Assembly: GCA_976226885.1 (NCBI GenBank)
Contig: OZ320315.1
Coordinates: 109,430,001-109,494,000, forward strand
Reading direction: 5' to 3'
DNA: 64,000 bases
Origin: Iphione sp. A-MEVVRFRX5
Lineage: Eukaryota
Part shown: positions 52,601 through 64,000 of the stretch, one piece after another
Layout of the letters: each line of letters starts with the position of its first letter
Numbering within the stretch: the stretch's first letter is position 1
Translations under genes and position numbers: made by a program
The notes under the pieces: generated by a model
What the model saw: the letters and a program-made list of their open reading frames with translations, nothing else
The model's database searches: none
What the model was told of the DNA's origin: nothing

Positions 52601-55600
52601 ACAAGGTGAGTCACTGTAGAATATGCTTACTGTGGTAGGCCTCACTTGATGTCATAGGTCTATCTCTGTGAGCCGAGTTAGCCCTTTTCATCAACACAAG
52701 TAGACATAAAGTGAGTCACTGTAGAAATATGCTTACTGTGATAGGCCTAACTCGGTGTGATAGGTCTATCTCTGGGAGCAGAGAGAGCCCTTTGGATCTG
52801 CACAATTGCAGATAAAGTGAATCACTGTGTAATATGCTTACTGTGATAGGCCTAACTCGGTGTGATAGGTCTGTCTCTGGGAGCAGAGATAGCCATTTTG
52901 ATCAGCACAATTACAGACAAGGTGAGTCACTGTAGAATATGCTTACTGTGATAGGCCTAACTCGGTGTGATAGGTCTATCTCTGTGAGCCGAGTTAGCCC
53001 TTTTCATCAACACAAGTAGACATAAAGTGAATCACTGTAGAATATGCTTACTGTGATAGGCCTAACTCGGTGTGATAGGTCTATCTCTGGGAGCAGAGAG
53101 AGCCCTTTGGATCCGCACAATTGCAGATAAAGTGAATCACTGTGTAATATGCTTACTATGATAGGCCTTACTTGGTATGATAGGTCCATCTCTGGGAGCA
53201 GAGACAGCCCTTTGCCTTGGCAGGTAAGTCACTTTTGAATAAGCTCACTGTGATGTGCCTCTGTCTCTGAGACAATAAGGAAAAAAACATTGTGTGATAG
53301 AGCTGGACCTATGCATGAACTGTGTGTGACAGGCTAGTGTGGTTGGCTTGTTTGGAGGTGGCATAGTACCTGTAAACATCTCTGTGATGTTCACTCTACT
53401 AATCTCATGTTGAGGCTGAATTTCCTCAGGTGCATGTTTTTATGACTGTGCCAGCATGTATTTTTGGGAACTATGCTTAATATTAAGACTGTTTCCTTAG
53501 GAAAGTGGTGCGTGTGACATGTTTTGATGGGCATGTTGGCATGCTTTTGGATTGGGAGACTTCCCAATTTCCATAGCATCATGGCACATGTTTGCATAGC
53601 AGTATAGGAAAAGTGAGTCTGAAATAACCGTGGTAACAATCTTTCCTGGAAAAACAGCAAATTTCTTCACATTTCCTCAGCACTTCTCACTTGTCACTGG
53701 TCAAATTTACATGTATTTTACCTTTTCAACTTACATGAAATTTGACTTTAATTGAATGTTGTGGTTTTATGGCCAAATTTAGATGAAAATCACCATTTCT
53801 TTTGTTTTTGGACTGAATTTGCATTAAATTTGCTATTCTTTGGTTGAATATACATGATTTTTACAGAATTTTCAGCTGATTTTCATGTTTTCATGCATAT
53901 GTATTTACAATGCAGATGATATGCTTCAGCATGAAAACATGCCATCAGGCCCTCAAAAACACAGTGATGGAAACAGGGGCCATGAAAACTAAAAAAAATC
54001 AGCTAGACACAAGAATAAAAATATAAAAATAAGAACCCTCCATAAGAATATGATTTCTCAACTGCATTTTGGACTCATTCACAGTGAGATTACAAGAATT
54101 GAAGAAAAGAAATCTTTTCTTCTTTGTATCTATCTTTCAAGATAATAACATAAGACTCATAATTTACATTCTACATCAGGTGAAGGCCATCGTGGCAATA
54201 GGCAGCTCCTATTTCTGCACCATGTCACACAGCTACAAAGGAATCCAGATACCCTTTATACCATGAGTGACTAAACATATGTAAAAAAAAATTAGTCTCC
54301 GGAAAAGTGGTTTTGAATTGCAGCCTGTCAATTTTCTGATTGCTAAGTATATTATGTCAATGGAAGATATTTTCTTTTATTGTTTAGATGGATGAGGAAT
54401 TTCACACTTTACAGCTTCAGTTTAAAATAGATACTTTGGATGCATTTATCTAATGTTATGTTACTAATAGTATGTAATTGGTTAGTAATGAAGAAGGCAC
54501 TTGTAAATTATTAGGAAGATAAACAAAACTTGTTTGCTCTTTACTTCTTCTTTCAGGCTAGATTTTAAGGCCATGAAGCCTAAGGGCAATTGGTTTGTCT
54601 TCCAGGATTTTATAAAAAATGTGCCTAACCTTGATGAAGGTTTTATACCAGTAAGTTTATATTTAGAGTCCCAGGCTTATAATTGTCACATAATTGCTAT
54701 CACATATAGTCTTTATATGTGGTTCTATAATGACAACTGGTGCTATGGAATATGCCACAGTGAAAGATGCCCATGGGATACCACAGTGACATTAGGAATG
54801 TGGCAGGCCATTATGTTAATACTACTTCCAATGTTGTGACAGGCATTCAATAAACCAGCTGTGTAAGCATTGTGAGGGAGAATAGGGAATTCTCAGACCT
54901 GGTCACTTGGCATAGCATGCATTGGGGAAGACTGACATGCCCTTTTCCCTGTCCCTACACTGGTTTTTCAGTGATAAGTACAGTAAAGGTGAAGTAGAGT
55001 AAGATGCTATGCAAGACTAGATAAAGGTAAGAGTGTGTGTAAATGACAGTGGTGACAGCAGTGTGATAAAAGATGAAAGATAGATGCACAGAATCCTAGA
55101 GGAGAGGAGAGTGAGTGTATTGTCTGTGATGAAGCAGACAACTAGTATGAATTTCAGCATGAGAGAGATGAATAGGTTGGAGGAAAGTCTGGCATGAATG
55201 TCCTTCCATTCTTAAGTAGTTGCTCATGAACCAAAAGCAATAGTTATGTTTCTGTCATTGAACGCAAAGCACACAGTTACCTTTCATTTTTACTCACCTT
55301 CTGTAAATCAAAATATATAATTCGAGACATCCAACATAATTTAAGAGGTTATTCAATTTATCCTTCAAATAGGAGCTAGAAGACAAAGTCTCTAGATATA
55401 TTTCAAGACCAGCCCCTAGATCATGTACTTATTGTAAATGTATGCATACTACCACCGCACTCAATTATATTGTAATTGCAAGGGTAATATTTCAGACTTG
55501 AAATATGGTTGCTCAGTGGTGGATCTAGAAGCAGAACAGTCATTAATTGTTGTGATCTTATTATCCAGAAGATACTAAAGTGCTGCCAGTGTGTCTACAC

Positions 55601-57146
55601 CATGATCATTGAGGCCATATATATTGATGTTTACTCACTGCAAATGTATTCTTCTTTTATATTTTTCACATTTCCCTTTTGTTCTATATTATCATGAAAA
55701 CATCACTTATGTGAAGAGATTATAATAAGGGATTTCAATTGAAATAATATATACATATCATACAAAGATCATCAGTAATTACATAAAAATATATAAATTT
55801 TTGAAACAAAAATCTGGTGTCCACTTTGTTGAGATTTTCCCTTTAGTTCATTTACTTGGCTGATCCAAGTGGTGCATATCAAAAGTGCAGCTGGGTGGAT
55901 ATATCCAACATAATGCATGCCCCATATGGTGCATGTCCCTCATTCTGTTTGCCCCACATACTGTATGTCCCATTTATTGTACATCTCACATAGTGTCTCC
56001 TAATTTGTAAGTCCCATATGATTTAAGATCCTATATACTGTATTTTCTGTGTGTGAGAACAAACACATAATGATAATTGTTAGAATGCACAGCTACTCAA
56101 GAGGGAAGCACACCTTAAATCAAATGCTCACCCTATGATTACCAAATCCCTGTATGCCTGAGGGTCTAATTAAGGCTGATAGTAATATGATATGAAACAT
56201 GTGAAAATGATTGTGTACTTAGGATATGTGTGTTGTGCATGTAAAAAGAGCAAAGTATATGCAGTTAGAAGAGTTATTACAGTAAAACTGAAAAATAAAA
56301 ACAAAATCAAAATTATTTCATGCTGCTAAATTTGTGGGTGATGTACTTTCATTTGGTTCATAGTATACTTCCCTATCAAATAATCTTACAAGCATATTTA
56401 TGCAATGAGGATTCAATATCTTTACACAGAATGGTAACTGAGAATAAGATATGCCTAGATGTGGTAGCTGGGAGTCAGTGTATCCAATACAAACATGAAG
56501 TTGAAGTGATCATTCCTATTTGAGTTAGATATTGGATATTACACAAATTATTTTGATCATAAATATTTCTTTGAAAGGTTGAGAAGAGTAGGTCAGATGA
56601 GATCCTCTTTATCTATGGTGTTGAGGATAGCCTTGTAACACCAAAAGATCAGATAAAACTATGTCAACGCCTGTGGAATCATGGCAATACCAAGGCTTCC
56701 CTGCACATGTACTCTGGAGCTGGACATGTCATCGAGCCACCCTATACGCCTCTCTGCAAAGGCCACTTTCATAAACTAATAAGTAAATAGCACTTTTTCG
56801 TACAAAGATGTCTATTTAATGAAGCACCTTTCTACATTTATGTATCTTAAGTGATCAGGATACTAACATTTCATATTTCATATCCACACTTGAACAATGA
56901 TAATATAGTGATTGAAAAAGCCTAACATATTGAACTTTTTGTACCAGGGTTGTCTGTACATTTCTCAACGAGGACAGAAGAATGATCTTTCAATTTAAGT
57001 TTCAATTTACCGTTTTTCCCTCCTCAGATTGTAATCTTTACACTGGTGGAGAACCTGTTCATCATGCACATGCCCAACGGGATGCTTGGAATCAGATACT
57101 GAAATTCTTTCAAAGAAAACTTGGTACACACACCACCAAACTTTAA
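49618..57146 (+). CDS. Acyl-CoA thioesterase / BAAT-like copy 4 (divergent, C-terminal TKL, exon-5 donor mutated; possibly a pseudogene)
   Basis: Exons 49618-49840, 50220-50471, 51888-52063, 52492-52605, 54180-54262, 54557-54650, 56578-56782, 57028-57146. Motifs GLSLG, GVED, GAGH. The joined exons are open (1266 nt), but the intron after exon 5 starts ATGAGT (54263) instead of GT, and read-through hits TGA at 54264-54266. Confidence 0.8.
51007..51228. mobile_element. 222-bp MITE with 26-bp TIRs and a 4-bp ATTT duplication (Sola1-like)
   Basis: GACTGATTCCACCAATAGATGTACCA and TGGTACATCTATTGGTGGAATTAGTC (1 mismatch), ATTT on both flanks. A 4-bp AWWT TSD is described for Sola1; the superfamily call is an inference. 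Confidence 0.65.
51529..51827 (-). mobile_element. Diverged copy of the 300-bp LTR-like repeat in copy-4 intron 2
   Basis: The reverse complement matches 14847-15030 (TGTAGTGTG..ATGTAATAAGAGC.TA.AATGCTAGAAGG..GGTCCGTGAGA..; CGTCTAGACATCCTATT) and ends at the equivalent CCATGCA..CA. Confidence 0.6.
52543..53260 (+). repeat. About 105-bp tandem repeat (7 units) derived from the copy-4 exon-4/intron-4 junction
   Basis: Units start at 52543, 52648, 52754, 52859, 52964, 53069 and 53174; variant pattern A-B-C-A-B-C-D. Confidence 0.92.
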
Positions 57147-57514
57147 GTGAAAAGAGCCAAGCAAGTGAGTGAGCCAAGCTAACAATAGGATTAGTCATGT
57201 AGTTACAAAGTAAAATAGCCAACAAACTATTGTATTTCTAGAGAGATATGATTTATTCCTAAGTTGGATATTTTTCAGTTGTGCATAAATACTTTGATCT
57301 TTATAATAAATCCTAATGTATTTAAAAGAGTAACTATCATATGAATATTTGTTATTAAAGGAGCTACAGCACTTCTCCCCGAGAAAGTGAGATTGGGTTG
57401 GTTGCAATCAGTTCAACTGTTTTCTACACTCAATTAGATTTTTGTGTTAGGTTAACCCTCTATCTCAAAATGTGTTACTCAAAACCGAAAAAATATTTGT
57501 GTGAAACTTACATA

Positions 57515-57701
57515 CAGTTGAGACTGTTGATACTATTAAGGAGACTCAATCTTGGGAGTGGCAAATTTTATACTCTCTGTCAGTTTGGTCATATTAGGCA
57601 TAATCAATGTAGAGGATTTCTCTTCTCTGGTACTATAAAATTTGGGTCTCTGTCCAATTTTGGTCTCCCCTGAGATCTGGTCTTCAGCTGGGTCTCCACT
57701 G
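57515..57701. mobile_element. Short pogo/Tigger-like MITE
   Basis: TA|CAGTTGAGACT ... GGTCTCCACTG|TA. Confidence 0.45.
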
Positions 57702-57907
57702 TATCTGCGCTTTGATTTGGTAAGGAACAATTGTTCTAATCCATGTCTTGTTTTCAGATGGAATATAGTTTCTTTTGTTAGCAACTAAATTATTTGATTA
57801 TGCATTTGCAAGACTGGATATGAAAGGCCGAATAATTAGGTTTGTAATAGAGTTAGGTACTTTGCTGTATTAGTAAAGGGTAAATTGTACAGTTATAACT
57901 GCATTAA

Positions 57908-59181
57908 CCCTTTAACGACTAACAATGGTAAAATCAGACATTTTTGTCTAATGGAAGTTGGTGTTCATGTGGAAACATTAATTTTAAAGCTTTTCTATCT
58001 GTTTCTGTCCAGATAGGTCCAGAATTTGGTGTTCTTCTGAGGTGTAATAACAAATGGCAGTTTTAAGAAGACAACCTCTAAAACTGATCACATGACCTCT
58101 TCATTTGCTTAAATAAGCATCAGCAGCTGTTTTTAGCAGTACATATATGTGTTATGATAAAACTAAGCCCTTGTATTGCTCAATTAAAGAACAGATTTTG
58201 AATCTATTTTGAAATCATACTATAAAAATGGAGTTGATGTTTGATTTTAAGCAACTTTGATACAGTTTGCACTCTTTTTTATTAATTAGAATGCAACAGA
58301 CCAGTATCAGTTACATTTCCAGCAGCAAAGGGCATTTACATGATGAGAGGTGTTACATAGTGCTTTGCAATAGGAACACACATTATATCTCCCAGATCTC
58401 TTGAAAATATTGTTGGCCTCCGCCATAATGAAGACGACATAAGTTGAGGAGAATGATGTTTATTGCTGAAGAGCTTCGACACAACTGACAACGAATCCAA
58501 CACACAACGCATTTATATAGTAAATTGGAACCCTCCACATATAAATAATACCCTCCGCGGTGTACCCTCCGCACCCTCCGCCTAATGGTCCTCCGCTTTC
58601 CCCCCCCCCGTCGCTACAATATGTTATAATTTCTATGCAAATTTCATAGCAAAAGTTAGAGTGACTAATATGATTTTAGATCAATATAAGCTGATTGATG
58701 AATTATTTAATTTGCTACCATGGCAACACCCAAAGTATGCTGATGCAATATCAGTGATGCAGCTGATGCACATGATTGTTCATAATTTTTGGTGATGGAT
58801 ACAAAATTGCAGATCATGATACAATGTAAGTAATCTATGGACCATAACAATGAGGAAGATTGCAAATCACATACTTAACATTTCCTCAATAGTAAGCTTT
58901 TCTCTAAAACCAATATCTATAACTCTTTCTTGCCATATATTGCCAATAAGTGGAAATTTCTCATCAATTTGAGATAAAATGGCCTCTACACAAAGCTATC
59001 CTGTTACCATGGCAACTGAATTGTAAGAATAAGATTAATACTAAATCTGTACTGTTCTTATTGTTTACAATTATGTATGGTATAATATCAACTTTATCTG
59101 TATACTCCTGTTAGGAGGAGAACTAATCTATTACCTCTGTTCCCAAAGACTAAAACATGATTTTCCAATGTCGTTAAAGGG
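57908..59181. mobile_element. piggyBac-like non-autonomous element
   Basis: TTAA|CCCTTTAACGAC ... GTCGTTAAAGGG|TTAC: perfect 12-bp TIR, CCC/GGG ends, TTAA target with one mismatch on the right. Confidence 0.65.
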
Positions 59182-62100
59182 TTACGTATAACCATCCATG
59201 AGAAGTATGGGACCAAATGGAAATTTGCAAATCTGTTAATGTTTCCTGAAGGCATATGTGTTGTGTCTGTGTTTCTAAACGGCCATCATGCATTTAACAC
59301 ACAATGGGTATAGCATATGGGTAATTAATGGAATGCTATTGTACCAATACTTTATCAGGGTGAATACCATTGTATGTAATGTTGTGTCACCAGAAGCACC
59401 AGGTGAATATTGGTAGAGAATTCAATGTGTGACAACTAGGATTAAATAAATAATCATTACAATCATGATTTTGTAATCAACTGAGCATGTATGATTCATA
59501 TATAAGAAGGGATTAGAAATGGTCTCCTCAGACTCATTTCTGTCATTTAAAGTTGTATTACATTTTCCAAAATAAGCAAGGTTTTGCTTGTTCCAATAGA
59601 CTTTTAATGAACTTATTATTGATCTGACTTGTGTTTGTGTTAGAACCCACACTGGACTGATTGCATCCATTAGTGTGAGCAATTTACACATGTAAACGGT
59701 CCTTTATTAAATAAAATCCACTCATTCCCAGTCTCCAGCTCATGCACGCATTAGGGTAAGCAGTGCATATATGTAAATGGGCCTTTATTAAATAATGTCC
59801 ACTTATTCTGCCCCACGCATCTGTTAGTGTGGGAAACATATTGTAACATGTTTCTGGTCATGGAGAAAGACTTTGTGAAATATAAACTGTCCACACAATA
59901 GATGAGGTCAGTCTTCTCTTTCAGTGCAATGAGAAAAATTGTCTTTATTTAGGAAAATCTGGCCTTTTTATACAAAGACTGGCACTAAAATTAATCCATA
60001 TGATGTAACAGTGCTTCCAAAAATAGCAACAATTAACACCTCTTTCTCCAACTCCACTTAGAGGAATTCCAGCGCACAATTCCCAACTTTTCCCTCTGAG
60101 TCAGAAAATTATCCTCCAACTTCTTTTTGGAGAAACCTCTGGAACTAGGCATTTTATTCCAACAATATGTAGATGTAAAAGGGTCCTAAGGGATGATACT
60201 CTTGACCAGTATTTCATACGAAGTCAGAGTGCTCATGATATCAATTCTATGCTGACAATAACTGTCCCCCACGCCAACCTACAGTACATGTAAACATATC
60301 TAAATCTCTGAATCCAACCACATACATGTAATGCTATTTCAACTGTGTTTTTTACTGAGAATACCAAACATTACAGTCTCTAAAGGGACTCTCTCCTCAC
60401 ACTGTCCCTAATTGAGATGTCTCCATTAGACATGGTGACCTAAGGCCACTATTAGGAAAACCGAGCAATGAATTCATAATCTAAACAATGAATAACAAGG
60501 ACATACGTAGGAAAAGTAAAGGAAGCATGAAAATGGTCTTCATACCATTTCTGTGGCCTTCCCTTCAAAGACACGATGTCTCCAAGGAGAAGTAGCAATT
60601 GCTGATTAACTAGATTATAAAGTGAATGTTTTTAATTAAATTAAGAATATTTACTCAACAGTATATACATAATTCAAGATAAGTTCCTAATATGTAAAAA
60701 TTGTAATATATCAAAGACATGAAGATGGGCCGACTATTGCTCTGCTTATTCCATAGAAATTAATCGCACAGGCTCATTATTTGGATTTCTGAAACTTTCA
60801 TCTCGATTCTCTTGGCTTTACATCTTAACATGTTTTCTGTCCCAGTCTACCAAACATTTTACTAAAACTTCCTAATCCTAATTTTGAAAATACACCAGGC
60901 AACAAAACGGAGGAGGAGGACTCTTAGGCAGAGACCTCTTTCCTTCAGGATTAACAAATACCAATCAGCCCCTTACCATGTAAAGGAGACAAACAAGGAA
61001 GACTTGTTTACATTGGTAAGGATACCTTTTATTACAGGCATAGCAAAATGTGTATAGACATACAAGGTAAAAAAATGACATTTTGATTTCCAAACATTGG
61101 CCAAAAAATCATGATGCCCCCTGTTGTTAAAAAAATGTCTTTAACCAGTGAAGTCCTCTTGGGATTCTTTTAGTAGTGGTAGAAGTAGTAGTAGGGGTAG
61201 TAGAGATTACTAAGGTCATGACTCTGGAACAAAAGGGTTAATTTCCTACTCAACCATCAGCACAAATGACCTCTCCCCTTGCTCTGGAGCCAGATGCTGA
61301 ACCCTTTGCCAAGTCAGGCTACAGAGTACAGAATACAATACTAAACAATATACTTCAAATACACAAAGATACTGTACACTTCAACAACAATCTGCTTCTG
61401 ATATCGGTTTCCTTCTCTCTCATTTCCAGTACATAATTAAAAACCTGTGCTCCTCCACACTATATCATTGAATAATCCAGGTGTACTAATTACAACTTCT
61501 CAGGCCTTTGCTATACAGGGTTAATTTAAACACAAAGAGGTCAACAGATGAAAAGAAAAAAATCTCATTCTCACGATAATATAATACAACTGCACTGCTA
61601 GAAGAGGGTCTTTTACAGACTCTATATATACTTCTAATAAATATCTGATCAGAATGGGGAAATGGATGAATAAAGTACAAAAAAGGGACTAAATTGGAGA
61701 GGAAAAAATGTTGATGCACAATGTATAGTTGAATAGCAAATAGGACCTTGTCTGTAAATGAAAATGACATCTTTCAACAGTAGAACATTTGATTTTCTTA
61801 AAAACAACAAAATGATGAGGGAAATGTTCAAGTGCAACATGAGCTGTTATATATGGCAGTAGGGCTTTGGGGAACGACAAAGTGGTAAGAACTACAAAAT
61901 GAGGTCAATAAACTTTGGTGGGCAACATCTTTTGATGACACTGACCTGTTCCACTGGTTCTCAAGTTCTCCTGGGACCAGTTACTTCTAACTAAGGAATT
62001 GATATGGCAGTTTTCTGTGATTTTAATATTTCAATTAAGGGCACATGTACAGAATGATATGATGATTTGGGGAGTGGAAGAGAGAGATAAGTCAGAGCGG

Positions 62101-63353
62101 TAGTGGTTCTGTAGTAGAGGCCTACTCGTGGGAAACCCATCATAGAGTTACATAATTGACTGATCGCACATACAGTAGCCACAATGGGAGAAACAGATTG
62201 GAATGATGCACCTTTCACTGTGGAGACAGACCATTGAACTGAGTCACAACTCAAATAACATCATCATGGTGTGCACAACAGAATGTAACTATAATATGTG
62301 CAATTGGTCAATTGCCAAGTGACCAAAATTTCTAAGACCAAATAATTCAATTTAATGTATAAAGAGTATGACTATTGTGAGCAAACCATGGAAGAGACCA
62401 AAACTGACTGTTGCAGACTTGGTCACTGTGGGTGTGAACTGCACAGGGATCCCATTTACATAGTCCAGCAAACTCATCCCAGATAATGAATTTGGTAATA
62501 CAACTTTCATGATATAGCTTAGTAATGTGGTCTCCATGTCCTGCTTAAGGACATTTCAGAATCATAGTCCATTAATAGAATTCCCATTGTATAGCTCCAT
62601 ATTGACAAGCTGTACTTTTTTGTAAAAGGCTTCCTATTACATTACTCTGTAGTGGCATTATGCACTTTCATAACAGAATTCTCATTACAGAACTACATAC
62701 TGGCACAGCACACTTCTTAAATGGTTCAGTTACAGGGTCTTCACTTATGAGTTCAGTAACCTCTCAGTTTCAGCTCAATAATGTTATCCTCAAAGGACAA
62801 GTCAGCAATAGCTTCCCTTTCACACAGGTCAGCAAAGGGACTCCCATTAACTTAGTAATATGATTACTACACTTGAGCTTATCATTTAGTGTATTGATTG
62901 AGGCCTTGCAAATGTGTGGTTGCGGGCGGGAGGGGGGGGGGGAATGAGCTCCACATCATAAGCATGGCTGATAGTACTTTACAGCATGTGACGTTCTGCT
63001 CAGTTGAGACAAATGTATCAGTTTCTGAATCCGACCTTGAATACTTTTAAATTATTACATGTAGCTTATAAATTCATACCCCACAGCTACGGCAGGTAGG
63101 TGCTTTGATCTGTTCAACATAATTTAGCTCGATTATTTAGATTTCTGTTTCTGTAAGAAGAACCACAATACTTTGTACAAGTGAACCAGGCAAGCACTAA
63201 AGATTCTGCATTTCCCAGGGATATCACAGCTGGAGTGTTTCCACTTCTTTTACCATGCTTACAAGTAAACACTGGTCTTTCCATCCATCAGAAAATCAGC
63301 TGGGTACTATATACGTAGGCTTAAGAAGCTATTAAAAAGATCCTACATAATGT

Positions 63354-63680
63354 TCTCACTGACATCTGACAGTGAATACTACCCGGTTTCAGGAGCTGTG
63401 GTGTGATGAGGTCACAAACTAAATAAAATCCCAATCTCACTGACATTCGATGGTAAATACTGCCTCAGTGTTGAGTGAATTCCAGTATGAGGCAGCCACA
63501 ACTAAATGATATCTGAATCTGACTGGCTTACAATGGTACATATTACTCCACTGCTCAATAAGTCTGGATACAACTAGCTCACAAAAATGAAACCTGGATC
63601 TAACTGACATATGATGGTAAAAACTGCCCCAGTATTCAAGAAGTCAAGGTACAACTAGGTTATAAACTAAATGAAAGCCA
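63354..63680. repeat. Degenerate tandem repeat of about 81 bp, about 4 units
   Basis: TCT(C/G/A)ACTG(A/G)C..(T/C)GATGGTAAA.ACTGCC motif recurring at 63354, 63435, 63518 and 63599. Confidence 0.6.
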
Positions 63681-64000
63681 AACTATTCGAGAAGTTGGGT
63701 TAAAATACAAGGTCATAAGCATACCTGGATCTTACTGAAAGGACTCATTACTGACAGGAAGTCATCTGCTGCTAGGAAATGTACAGGCGTCCTGGGTGAC
63801 AAGTAGGACATTCCGTGAACATTCCTTTCACATGATAAATTCTTCATCACAATGAATTTTCTTTCACCAACTCTTGAAAATACATAACAAGAAACAAATG
63901 ATAGATATTATCCAAGCTTAACAGCAACAGGTCATCTCACTGGCTGCTGGAAGGATTTTTGGACATTGTCCATCTTTCATTTAAATCAAATAAAATGATT

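Noticed and set aside
46784-53260. CRISPR-like arrays (27-bp and 105-bp repeats)
   Set aside because: Units are contiguous with no unique spacers, there are no cas genes, and the context is eukaryotic.
52606-53260. Read-through ORF encoding multiple GxSxG motifs
   Set aside because: Stops occur in the intron-derived part of unit 1 (TAG) and in B units (TGA).
54263-54556. U12-type AT-AC intron in copy 4
   Set aside because: The donor is ATGAGT (not ATATCC) and the acceptor is AG; homologous introns are GT-AG.
60000-60330. I/Nimb-type LINE fragment on the minus strand (LRMKYWSRV)
   Set aside because: Only one short motif with stops around it; too weak to call as a feature.
1004-62863. Most 60-100 aa ORFs in the supplied track
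   Set aside because: They are antisense shadows of exons or TEs, or low-complexity AT-rich frames, with no recognisable motifs.

Overview
AT-rich, CpG-poor, intron-containing eukaryotic DNA, probably an invertebrate animal (species not determinable). The only host genes I can support form a cluster of type-I acyl-CoA thioesterase / BAAT-like (alpha/beta-hydrolase) paralogs. There are four 8-coding-exon copies: 2427-9002 (+), 35028-28715 (-), 39764-44846 (+) and 49618-57146 (+), plus an orphan exon-6 relic near 27.6 kb. I assembled the exons by hand from GT-AG sites. Copies 1 and 2 are intact and end in the peroxisomal signals SKL and AKL. Copy 3 has a premature TAA 23 codons before its SKL. 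Copy 4 is divergent, ends in TKL, has a GT>AT donor lesion and carries a 7-unit tandem amplification of the exon end that encodes the catalytic serine. The rest is transposable elements. The most striking is an 11.4-kb insertion (13818-25197) with CACTG...CAGTG ends and a TA duplication that splits a CR1/L2-type RT gene in frame. It resolves into a 3945-bp EnSpm/CACTA-like non-autonomous element that carries a dead Penelope (Neptune-like) RT-GIY-YIG element with a hammerhead ribozyme motif, and it appears to have inserted into an internal TA of itself. No tRNA, rRNA or CRISPR was found. All calls were made by eye, without database searches.
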